Positions 19,769 through 28,114 of a stretch of 48,239 nucleotides of DNA are shown piece after piece. The position numbers and the translations under genes were made by a program. Source of the DNA: an uncultured Caulobacteraceae bacterium (GTDB lineage Bacteria > Pseudomonadota > Alphaproteobacteria > Caulobacterales > Caulobacteraceae); NCBI GenBank assembly GCA_937890965.1, contig CALAEG010000487.1:1-48239 (forward strand), given 5' to 3'. The notes beneath the pieces were generated by a model that saw only the letters and a list, made by a program, of their open reading frames with translations, was not told where the DNA came from and ran no database searches. How positions within the stretch are numbered: position 1 is the first letter of the stretch; each line of letters starts with the position of its first letter.

Positions 19769-20262
19769 CGCCGCCGCCGGATGCGAATGGGAATGGGTTG
19801 CAGTCGCGGCCGGAAGCCCAACTCCCAAACCAGACCCCGGAACAGTACCGCCAGGTCGAGGTCCCAGTTGACAACGCGCCGATCCAGAGCCGATACCCCG
19901 CGCGCCCTCGCGTGGCCATGCGGGGCGCGTGTCGACGGAGCGGCGGCGGCCATACGGCCGATCGAGCCCAGGAATTCGATCAAGGCCCGCATCAGCACCT
20001 TTTGCCGGCTCGCCAGCTCTGGGGTCTCGTCGCTGACCACGCGCTCGGCGGTGGCCAGCAGGATGGCGTGCTTGTCAGGAAAGTACTGGTAGAGGGTGCC
20101 GATGCTCACCCCGGCCCGCTCGGCGACGCTTGTGGTGCTGAACCCGGCCGGGCCGTCGCGCTCAAGAACCTGAGCCGCGGCCTCGACAATGGCGTCCCAG
20201 GTGGCGCGCGACCGCGCCTGACGCGGCCTACGGCGTTGAAAGGTCTCACGATCCAGCGCCAT
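19765..20262 (-). CDS. TetR/AcrR family regulator with atypical short C-terminus
   Basis: PRQARSRATWDAIVEAA..VAERAGVSIGTLYQYFPDK HTH; RBS GGGAG. Confidence 0.85.
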   Translation of the reverse strand: MALDRETFQRRRPRQARSRATWDAIVEAAAQVLERDGPAGFSTTSVAERAGVSIGTLYQYFPDKHAILLATAERVVSDETPELASRQKVLMRALIEFLGSIGRMAAAAPSTRAPHGHARARGVSALDRRVVNWDLDLAVLFRGLVWELGFRPRLQPIPIRIRRRR

Positions 20263-20347
20263 CGGCCGCGACTCCCAAAAGCGAATGCCCGAACCCAACC
20301 TAATCGGCCAGTCTCGGGCGTCAATGAAGCGGGAGATGCAGAGGCCC

Positions 20348-21160
20348 ATGACCGAAGACCAGGCCCGGCGCGAGGCCGGCGCGGCGATCTTCGCCGAGGA
20401 CGACGTGGCGCGCTGCTACTACGCGCGGCCGGCCTATGCGCCGGCGCTGTACGATTTCCTGCTGGCGCGGGTGGAGGGGCGCGGGCGGGCCCTGGACCTG
20501 GGCTGCGGACCGGGCAAGGTCGCCATGGTCTTGGCCGGCCATTTCGACGAGGTGGTGGCCCTCGATCCCTCGGCGTCGATGATCGCCGCGGGCAAGGCGT
20601 CCGAGGCCGGGCGACGCCGCAACATCGTCTGGGTCAACGAACGGGCGGAAGCCTACGAGGACGACGCGGGCTTCGATCTGGTCACGGCGGGAACCTCGAT
20701 CCACTGGCCCGATCCGGCCGTGCTGTTTCCGAAACTGGCCGGTTGGACCACGATCCTGGCTGTGCTCACCGACGCCCCGCTCTTTCCCGCGCCGGCCCCG
20801 CCCTGCGGCCAGGCCGCCTGGATCGATTTCCTGACCCACTGGCTGGCGCGCATGGGACGGCCCGCGCCGGTCGGACGGCCAGAGGGCGCCACAGGCGAGG
20901 AGGGGCCCCACCAAGCCTGGATGGATATCGCCGGCCGCGAGTTGTTCCGCCACATCGAGCGCCAGAGCGTCGAGGATTTCATCACGAGCCAGCACTCGCG
21001 CGTCTCCTGGAGCCGCGCCTCGATGGGCCAGGTCCTGGCTGACGATTTCGACCGGGCGCTCGACGACCTCATGCGGCCGTTTGCGACGAACGGGCGGCTC
21101 GATCTGGAGATCGCATCGGAACTGACCTGGGGTGCGCCGCGCACGACGGCCCGGCCATGA
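20348..21160 (+). CDS. Class I SAM-dependent methyltransferase
   Basis: YARPAY, ALDLGCGPG, LDPSASM, FDLVTAGTSIHW. Confidence 0.88.
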   Translation: MTEDQARREAGAAIFAEDDVARCYYARPAYAPALYDFLLARVEGRGRALDLGCGPGKVAMVLAGHFDEVVALDPSASMIAAGKASEAGRRRNIVWVNERAEAYEDDAGFDLVTAGTSIHWPDPAVLFPKLAGWTTILAVLTDAPLFPAPAPPCGQAAWIDFLTHWLARMGRPAPVGRPEGATGEEGPHQAWMDIAGRELFRHIERQSVEDFITSQHSRVSWSRASMGQVLADDFDRALDDLMRPFATNGRLDLEIASELTWGAPRTTARP

Positions 21161-21266
21161 GTCCGGCGTGGCGCACTGCTGCGAGACTGTCACCAACCGA
21201 GCCTAATGAAGCCTCAAACCGGTTGTACTGACGCCCGCTGTTGGTGTTGCGTAAGGAGTATGTCGC

Positions 21267-21503
21267 ATGGTCCAGGCGATTACGGTGGCGCCTAGCGCCG
21301 ATGGATGGACAGTGAAATCCGAAGCCTTCGACAGCGAGATGTTCTTCCGCTCGGGCGCCGCGGCCGAGGCCGCCGCCTGCAGCCTTGGAACCCGCATCGC
21401 CCAGGTCGGCGCGGCGGTCGAGATCCAGATCTTCCTGCGCGATGGGGCGCTGGGCGGTCGCTATGTCTGCACGCCCCATAGCGGCAACTATACCCGATCG
21501 TAG
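21267..21503 (+). CDS. Small hypothetical protein (DUF2188-like pattern)
   Basis: Strong RBS TAAGGAG; V.P..DGWTV...F.S...AEAAA...EIQIFLRDG pattern. Confidence 0.7.
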   Translation: MVQAITVAPSADGWTVKSEAFDSEMFFRSGAAAEAAACSLGTRIAQVGAAVEIQIFLRDGALGGRYVCTPHSGNYTRS

Positions 21504-21570
21504 AAAATTCAGCTTGCCGTCCCGGCCTGCCCGCCGCATCAATTTCCGCCAGGAATGACGGGAGGACGCC

Positions 21571-22455
21571 ATGGCGAGCATCGCCGCGCTGGATGAAGAG
21601 ACCGGCCGCAAATTCTATCTCGACGACCCGGACGACCTGAAGCCGGGCGAAAAGGTCGTCTTCCTGTTGAATATCCACGGCGGCGGTTCGGTCGGCGCCT
21701 GGCAGCGGGCCTATTTCCCGGCCAACGACTACAAGGAAAAATACCGCCTGGTGGTCGCCACGCCTTCGGCCGCCACCAAGGAGCCCATGCGCCGCTGGGT
21801 GGGCGAGGCCGACGACGAGCACCTGCGCAACATCGTCGACATGGTCTCCGAAAAATATGGCCGCGAGAACATCAAGAGCTTCTGGCTGGTCGGCCACAGC
21901 CAGGGCGGCATGACCTCCAACCGCATCCTGGAGCAGGATTTCTTCAAGGACCGGGTCGACGGCTGGCTCAGCCTTTCCGGCGGCCGGATCGGGCCGATCG
22001 AGCTGCCCGCCTCCTTTTTCTCGCCCACCCGCGGCCCGATGCCGGCCATGCCCGCCGATGGACCCCGGCCCGGCAAGGCCGTGGCGCCCACGGGCGACCT
22101 CTCCTTCATCTTCGCCACCGGCGAGCATGAGATGGTCGCCCTGCCCGAGACCTCGCCCTGGGCGGAGAAATACGCCGCCGGCCCGCGCCAGCGCCTGGCC
22201 GACGTGGTCGACGACCAGCCGGGCCAGATTCACGACACCACGCGCGAGGGCAAATCGACTCCCGCCTGGGGTCTCGCCGCCCGGCCGGGAACCGCACAGG
22301 TCTACATCTATCCGAACGCCCGCGATGGCCGCCTGATCGCCGACGTGGTGCGCCTCGACAAGGGTCACACCGAGGGTCTGGAGCCGAACATCACCGAGAC
22401 CCTCATTCGCATGATGGTCGAGGCGCCCGGCGGAAAGGCGCGCGAGGGCGCCTGA
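21571..22455 (+). CDS. Alpha/beta hydrolase, copy B (paralog of 18100-18999)
   Basis: Near-identical N-terminus [27 protein letters not shown]; GHSQGG; DKGHTEG; RBS GGAGG. Confidence 0.88.
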   Translation: MASIAALDEETGRKFYLDDPDDLKPGEKVVFLLNIHGGGSVGAWQRAYFPANDYKEKYRLVVATPSAATKEPMRRWVGEADDEHLRNIVDMVSEKYGRENIKSFWLVGHSQGGMTSNRILEQDFFKDRVDGWLSLSGGRIGPIELPASFFSPTRGPMPAMPADGPRPGKAVAPTGDLSFIFATGEHEMVALPETSPWAEKYAAGPRQRLADVVDDQPGQIHDTTREGKSTPAWGLAARPGTAQVYIYPNARDGRLIADVVRLDKGHTEGLEPNITETLIRMMVEAPGGKAREGA

Positions 22456-22464
22456 CGCTTGCGC

Positions 22465-23670
22465 CTAATGCGTCGTCGGATCCGGCAAACCCAGGATGCG
22501 TTTGGAGATGATATTCCACTGCACCTCCTGGGAGCCGCCGGCGATGCCGCCGGCCTTGGAGGAGAGCACAAGGCGGGTCGCGGCCAGCTCCTCGGGCGTG
22601 AAGGCGTCCTCCTCCCAGCCCAGGCCCTGGTGGCCCATGATCTCCATGGTCAGCTCCGCGCCGTCGCGACGCAAGAAGGAGCCGACATTCTTGATGATCG
22701 AGGTCGCGGCGCTGGGCCCGCGGTTGCCGCCGCGTCCCTCGGCGGTGGTGCGCGCCAGGGTCTGCTGGAAGGCCTTCTGCTCCATTTCGAACAGGATGAT
22801 GCGTTGGCGCAGGTCGCGGTCGGCGATGCGGCCGGTCTCATCGAGGCCGACATAGGCCTTGGCGAGCTCGGGCAGGCCGGGCCCCGAACCGCCGCGCGCA
22901 TTGCCGGAGCCGATGCCGTTGCGTTCGTGCTGCAAGAGCCGCTTGGCGATAGTCCAGCCGCCGTTCAGCGGCCCGACCAGGTTCTCTTTCGGCACCTTTA
23001 CGTCGGTGAAGAAGGTCTCGCAGAAGGGCGAGGCGCCTGAAATCAGCTTGATCGGCCGCGTCTCGACGCCAGGGGTGCGCATGTCGATCAACAGGAAGCT
23101 GATCCCCTCATGCTTCTTGGTCGGGTCGGTGCGCACCAGGCAGAAGCACCAGTCGGCGAGGTTGGCGCCCGAGGTCCAGATCTTCTGGCCGTTGACCAGA
23201 TAGTGGTCGCCCTTGTCCTCGGCCTTGGTCTGCAGGCCGGCCAGGTCGGAGCCGGCGCCCGGTTCCGAAAACCCCTGGCACCAGCGCAGGTCCGCATGGC
23301 TGATCGGGATCAGGTGGCGCTTCTTCTGCTCCTCGGTGCCGTATTCCAGCAGGGTCGGCCCGAACATCATCACGCCCATGCCGCCGATGGGGTTGAAGGC
23401 GCCGATGGCCGCCATCTCCTCGCCCAGCACCCGCGCCTCGGCCGCCGTCAGCCCGCCGCCGCCGTAGGCTTTCGGCCAGGTCGGCACGCCCCAGCCCTTT
23501 TCGCCCATGCGCTGGCGCCAGACCTCGTCATCCTCGGTGAGCTCGCGCATGGTCCCGCCGGGGCCCATGACGCCCTGATGCGCCAGGCTGCGCGGGAAGT
23601 TGTCGTTCAGCCAGGCGCGGGCCTCGGCGCGGAAGGCTTCCGTTTCGGTCTCGGCTCCGAAGTCGGCCAT
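22465..23670 (-). CDS. Acyl-CoA dehydrogenase family protein
   Basis: WCQGFSEPGAGSDLA, NGQKIWTS, ETFF.DVKVP, IAGGSQEVQ.NII; RBS AGGAGGAG. Confidence 0.93.
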   Translation of the reverse strand: MADFGAETETEAFRAEARAWLNDNFPRSLAHQGVMGPGGTMRELTEDDEVWRQRMGEKGWGVPTWPKAYGGGGLTAAEARVLGEEMAAIGAFNPIGGMGVMMFGPTLLEYGTEEQKKRHLIPISHADLRWCQGFSEPGAGSDLAGLQTKAEDKGDHYLVNGQKIWTSGANLADWCFCLVRTDPTKKHEGISFLLIDMRTPGVETRPIKLISGASPFCETFFTDVKVPKENLVGPLNGGWTIAKRLLQHERNGIGSGNARGGSGPGLPELAKAYVGLDETGRIADRDLRQRIILFEMEQKAFQQTLARTTAEGRGGNRGPSAATSIIKNVGSFLRRDGAELTMEIMGHQGLGWEEDAFTPEELAATRLVLSSKAGGIAGGSQEVQWNIISKRILGLPDPTTH

Positions 23671-23897
23671 GGGCGTTTTCTCCTCCTCGCCGGCGGCCGG
23701 CCGTTCCGCGGACGCTCGATGCTTCGCGCCCCGCCGGCCATCGTCCCGCTCGGTCCTCGAAGGCTAGGACCCTGGCCGCCGCCGCGTCAACGGCGTTGCA
23801 CGGCGGCCTTGACGGATGCGCGCTGCGGGTGAACCTCACCGATGAGGAAACGAAAACGGGCCGCGCCTGAACGATCGGCCCATCACGGAGCAAGCCC

Positions 23898-24767
23898 ATG
23901 ACCGACGCCGCGATCGAACTCGAAGGCGAATTCCGCGCGCCCCGCAATCTCTTTCAGCACGTCGAAGGGACAACGAAAGGCGCCGGGTCAATCCACAATG
24001 ACGCCGTGGCGTCCAAACTGGGCTTCAAGGGCGGCACGGTGCCGGGCTCGGTGCACATGAACCAGTTCGTGCCGCTGATCCTGAACATCTATGGCGACGC
24101 CTGGCTTGAGCGCGGCACGCTCTCGGCCTTCTTCACCCAGGCGACGGTGGACAATGAGCGCGTGCGGGCCACCGCCGAGCGCGGCGACGAGCGCGTCCGC
24201 CTGCGCATGTACAACGAGCCGGGCGACCAGGTCTGCGAGGCCACGGCCAGCCTTGTCGTCCCGGACGCCGGCGCCGAACTCGTGCGCCGCATGGCCTCGC
24301 AGGACCCGGCCGCAGAAGGCCGCCTGCGCATCCTGGCCGATCTGAAGGTGGGCGACGAGCAGCGCGACATCCCGCTCAGGCTGGACCGCGAGATGCTGCT
24401 GCGCACGCTGGAGACCATCACCGAGGACATCCCCGCCTATCGCGACAAGAACGTCCTGCCGCCGGGCTTGGTCATCCACCTGGCGCATGGCGTGCGCTCG
24501 GTGGTGCTCGGCCAGCAGAAACAGGCGGTCGGCCTGTTCGGCGCGCTGGAGATCCGCTGCCTCAAGGGGCCGTTCCGCGCCGATGTGGACTATGTGGCGC
24601 GCACCGAGATCCTGAAGCTCAGCGAGAGCCCGCGCACGGAAAACGTCTGGTACGACGTCACCATCGCCGATGCGAAATCCAAGGAAGACGTTGGTGTCGT
24701 GCGCTTTCTGATCCGCCTGATGAAGGGCTCCTCGCCGCTCTGGGCCGAAGAGATGAAGGCCAAATAG
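23898..24767 (+). CDS. Hypothetical protein, MaoC/hotdog-fold-like
   Basis: GSIHNDAVASKLGFKGGTVPG resembles the MaoC hydratase motif; RBS GGAG. Confidence 0.65.
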   Translation: MTDAAIELEGEFRAPRNLFQHVEGTTKGAGSIHNDAVASKLGFKGGTVPGSVHMNQFVPLILNIYGDAWLERGTLSAFFTQATVDNERVRATAERGDERVRLRMYNEPGDQVCEATASLVVPDAGAELVRRMASQDPAAEGRLRILADLKVGDEQRDIPLRLDREMLLRTLETITEDIPAYRDKNVLPPGLVIHLAHGVRSVVLGQQKQAVGLFGALEIRCLKGPFRADVDYVARTEILKLSESPRTENVWYDVTIADAKSKEDVGVVRFLIRLMKGSSPLWAEEMKAK

Positions 24768-24771
24768 ACAC

Positions 24772-24788
24772 CTCTCCCAAAGGGAGAG
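24772..24788. repeat. Short REP-like hairpin
   Basis: CTCTCCC-AAA-GGGAGAG just after the stop codon; near-copy at 13669. Confidence 0.6.
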
Positions 24789-24830
24789 CGGTCTTGCCCC
24801 GCGCTCAAGCTTCACCGATAAACCTACCCG

Positions 24831-25031
24831 GACGGTTCCTCCGCGCGAGCGGAGGCCAAGAGGGAATGCGGTGAGGGGGTCGTCCCCGAATCCGCGCTGT
24901 GCCCGCAACTGTGAGCGGCGAGGGCCGCGTCCATATCGCGTCATCTAAGGCGCGACGCCACTGAGGCTCATCAGCTTCGGGAAGGCGAGGATGCGAACCC
25001 GACGACCCGCGAAGTCAGGAGACCTGCCGTC
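24831..25031 (+). ncRNA. Cobalamin (B12) riboswitch
   Basis: GACGGTT...AAGAGGGAATGCGGTG...AATCCGC.CTGTGCCCGCAACTGT...GCCACTG...GGGAAGG...AGTCAGGAGACCTGCCGTC; upstream of a TonB-dependent receptor. Confidence 0.95.
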
Positions 25032-25178
25032 CAAGTCGCTCGTCCGGGGGTCCGGGTCCAGACCCCAGGCGCGGGAAGGCGTGCGCGCCTTCCGTCGCAG
25101 CGGCATCGACCGCCGCTGCGCCAAGCGAATCCCCGCTTTCGGCGTGACACGGTCCTGATGAAGGGACGCAAACGCGCC

Positions 25179-27068
25179 ATGACTTGCGCAAGATGGACTT
25201 ACCTAGCCTACCCCGCCTCCGCCGCGGCGCTGCTGCTGGCGACGGCCGCCAACGCCCAGGACGCAGCCCCGCCGGCCGCCCCTGGCCCCAACGTGATCGT
25301 CACCGCTACGCGGGTGCCGGCGACGCTGGCCACGACGCCGGACGTCTTCATCATCACCGACGCCGACATCCAGGCGCGCCAGGCGACCTTCGCCGCCGAT
25401 GTCCTGTCGACGGCGCCGGGGGTTGTGGTGACGCAGTCCGGCGCCTTTGGCGGCCTGACCGGAGTTTCGATCCGCGGTGCGCCCACCGACAAGACCCTGG
25501 TGCTGATCGACGGGGTTCCGGTCAATGACGCCTCGCAGCCATCCGGCGGCTACGACTTCGGCGGGTTCGACATGGGCGACATATCCCGCGTCGAGATTCT
25601 CACCGGGCCGCAAGGCGCGTTGTGGGGATCGGACGCCATCGGTGGCGTCGTCGCCTTCACCACCAAGGAGCCGAATGGACTGGAGGCCCGTATCGAGGGC
25701 GGCTCGTTCGACACCTGGCGCGCCTCGGCCTCGGCGGGGAAGAGCACCGCGCGCTGGGCGCTGGGCGCGAGTATTTCGAGCTTCGACACCCAAGGGATTT
25801 CCGCCGCCGACGTGCGCGACAACTATGCGGCGGTCGGCCTGCCCGGCTTCCACAACAGCGAAAAGGACGGCGACCATGAGATCACCGCCGATATCCGTGG
25901 CCGGTTCGAACTCAATGATCAGGTCGGCTTCGACGCCCAGGTGCGTTACAATCGATCCGTCACCCAGATCGACGGCTTTCCGCCGCCCGACTTCATCTTC
26001 ATGGACACCAATGATGTCTCGGTGAGCGAAAGCGTCGAGACCTTCGGCCGCGCCCGTATCGCCGGGCCCTGGGGCCTGAAGAACGAGATCAGCGTCAGCG
26101 ACTATCAGATCGAGCGCGGCGGCCACGGCCAGTCCGGGATCAACGGCTCCATCGCCAACCGTCAGGTCTATCGCTGGACCGTGGCCAGGGGGACGCCCGA
26201 CGATCTGATCTCCTTCGTCGCCGGGGCCGAGCGGGAAAACACATCCGCCAGCGTCTCGACCGGCGAACGGTTCGACCTCGACGCCACCTCGGGGTTCGCG
26301 GTGGCGCAGCTGCATCCGGTGAAGCCGCTCACCGCCATCTTCAGCATCCGCTACGACGCGCCGGATACGTTCAAGGCCCAAACCACGTTCCGCGCCGGCG
26401 CGACCTACGACCTGGGCTGGGGGTTCAGCGTCCAGGGCTCGTTCAACCAAGGCTTCAAAACCCCGACGATCAGCGAGACGGTCTGCGACTTCTGCTTCAG
26501 CCCGCGCGTGCCCCTGCAGCCCGAGCATGCCCAGGGCTATGACGGCGGCCTGGCCTGGACGTCCACCGACAGCCGCGTCTCGCTGAAGGCCACGGCCTAT
26601 CATCTGGACATAACCAACCAGATCGAGTTCGCCTCGAGCGGCCACTACATCAATATCGCCCGCACCCGCACCCAAGGGGTGGAGGCCCAGGCTGATGTCG
26701 TTCTGGGCGCCGGGTTCCGCGTCCAGGCGTCCTACGGCTATGTCGATTCCATCGATGCGACGACCGGCGTGCGGCTGTTGCGCGTGCCGCTCAACACTGG
26801 CTCGGCCAGCCTGTTGTGGACCCGCGGCAAGTTCGACGCGGCCTTCACAGTGCGCGGCGAGGACAACGACCACGATCTGGGGCTGGATAGTTCGGACACG
26901 ATCCGGCCGGGCTTCGTGGTCGTCGACCTGGCCGGCGGCTATGGGCTGAACGACCACATCCGCCTGACCGCGCGCATCGAGAATCTCGCCGACGCCCACT
27001 ACCAGCAGGTGTTCGGCTTCGGCGAGCCCGGGCGCGCCTTCTATCTCGGCGTCAGGCTGAAGGATTAG
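25179..27068 (+). CDS. btuB: TonB-dependent receptor, probable B12 transporter BtuB
   Basis: Signal peptide, VIVTATR TonB box, plug motifs (SIRG, LIDGVPVND, RVEILTGPQGALWGSDAIGGVV), C-terminal ENL..PGR; under a cobalamin riboswitch; alternative start 25158. Confidence 0.88.
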   Translation: MTCARWTYLAYPASAAALLLATAANAQDAAPPAAPGPNVIVTATRVPATLATTPDVFIITDADIQARQATFAADVLSTAPGVVVTQSGAFGGLTGVSIRGAPTDKTLVLIDGVPVNDASQPSGGYDFGGFDMGDISRVEILTGPQGALWGSDAIGGVVAFTTKEPNGLEARIEGGSFDTWRASASAGKSTARWALGASISSFDTQGISAADVRDNYAAVGLPGFHNSEKDGDHEITADIRGRFELNDQVGFDAQVRYNRSVTQIDGFPPPDFIFMDTNDVSVSESVETFGRARIAGPWGLKNEISVSDYQIERGGHGQSGINGSIANRQVYRWTVARGTPDDLISFVAGAERENTSASVSTGERFDLDATSGFAVAQLHPVKPLTAIFSIRYDAPDTFKAQTTFRAGATYDLGWGFSVQGSFNQGFKTPTISETVCDFCFSPRVPLQPEHAQGYDGGLAWTSTDSRVSLKATAYHLDITNQIEFASSGHYINIARTRTQGVEAQADVVLGAGFRVQASYGYVDSIDATTGVRLLRVPLNTGSASLLWTRGKFDAAFTVRGEDNDHDLGLDSSDTIRPGFVVVDLAGGYGLNDHIRLTARIENLADAHYQQVFGFGEPGRAFYLGVRLKD

Positions 27069-27079
27069 CTCCGCTACAC

Positions 27080-27100
27080 TCCTCTCCGTGGGGAGAAGGA
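27080..27100. terminator. Hairpin between convergent genes (REP-like / possible terminator)
   Basis: TCCTCTCC-GTGG-GGAGAAGGA. Confidence 0.45.
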
Positions 27101-27976
27101 CTAGGCGGCGACCCAGCGGTCGGGGTCGAGGGCGGCGGGGTCGTCCAGGGCCATGTCGTCCCAGTCGAGATCGGGCGGCGGGCTGAGCGCCGCGGCGATG
27201 ATCGCCTGCAGTTCCGCGGCGCTGGTGACGCTGACCAGGACCGAGGTGGCCTCGGGACGCGAAAGCGCGAAGCCCAGCGCCGCCTGCAGAGGATCGGAGC
27301 GACCTTCGGCGATCATCCGGCGCACACGCGAAAGCCGCGAGGCCGCGCCTTTCAGCGGGCCCGGCACCCGGTCGGGCGGCAGGAACAGAATGCCTTGCAG
27401 AAAGATCGAGCGCAGCTGCACCTCGACCCCCCAATCGGCCAGGGTGGCGAGCGTGCCGTCGACCAGGAGGCGCTGGTCGAGCAGGCTGGCGGGCGCCTGG
27501 ATGATGTCCGGCTTGAAGCGCTTGACCACGCCAAGCGGATCGTCGGAGGCGAAGACCGAGACGCCGACATATTCGAACAGGCCCTCGTCGCGCAGCTTTA
27601 AGAGCCGGGCCCACATTTCCGGCCCGTGCGGCCCGAAGAGATCGCCGGCGGCCTGGACGATGATGGCGTCGGCGCGCTCGAGCTTCAGCCGGCGCAGGCT
27701 GGCCCTGGCCTCGGCCTCGATATGGTCGGGACCCCGGTCGGCGCGGCCGGTCTTCAGCACGACGCGAAAGCGGCAGGGCCTTGGCAACTGCTCGCCGACC
27801 ACGTCCTCGGCATAGGTCGCGCCGTTCGAGGTGTCGAACACGGTTAAGCCGGAACGGGCGGCAAGGTTAAGAATCTCGCCGATTTCCGCCTCGGGCGAAC
27901 GGCCGCGCGGGATCACCGAACCGCCGAGGCGGAACTGCGCGGCGCCGAAGCCCAGCTTTGAAAGCGATACGCTCAC
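27101..27976 (-). CDS. kidO: Aldo/keto reductase family protein, probable Caulobacterales cell-cycle regulator KidO
   Basis: SKLGFGAAQF, ASLRRLK, VGVSV, QAPASLLDQR, RSIFLQG. AKR call is strong; KidO call rests on recalled resemblance and upstream TTAA sites. Confidence 0.6.
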   Translation of the reverse strand: MSVSLSKLGFGAAQFRLGGSVIPRGRSPEAEIGEILNLAARSGLTVFDTSNGATYAEDVVGEQLPRPCRFRVVLKTGRADRGPDHIEAEARASLRRLKLERADAIIVQAAGDLFGPHGPEMWARLLKLRDEGLFEYVGVSVFASDDPLGVVKRFKPDIIQAPASLLDQRLLVDGTLATLADWGVEVQLRSIFLQGILFLPPDRVPGPLKGAASRLSRVRRMIAEGRSDPLQAALGFALSRPEATSVLVSVTSAAELQAIIAAALSPPPDLDWDDMALDDPAALDPDRWVAA

Positions 27977-28114
27977 GAAGAACCCCACAGGCGGCTTTTT
28001 TGCCCTGATCGGAGGTCGAATATGGCGGGAAACGATTAAGGAAGCGGAATTGAGCGGGGTTAACTGTGTCTGAAAAACTTGACGCGGCCCGCGCCGGGGC
28101 CAACCTCCAAAGCC

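Noticed and set aside
19480-21042. 520-aa Arg-rich ORF
   Set aside because: Out-of-frame or antisense to three better-supported genes; low-complexity composition
21169-21184. Sigma-54-like TGGCGC...TGC upstream of the small hypothetical gene
   Set aside because: GG-to-GC spacing is 9 nt rather than the required 10
25203-27614. 803-aa minus-strand ORF
   Set aside because: Antisense shadow of btuB
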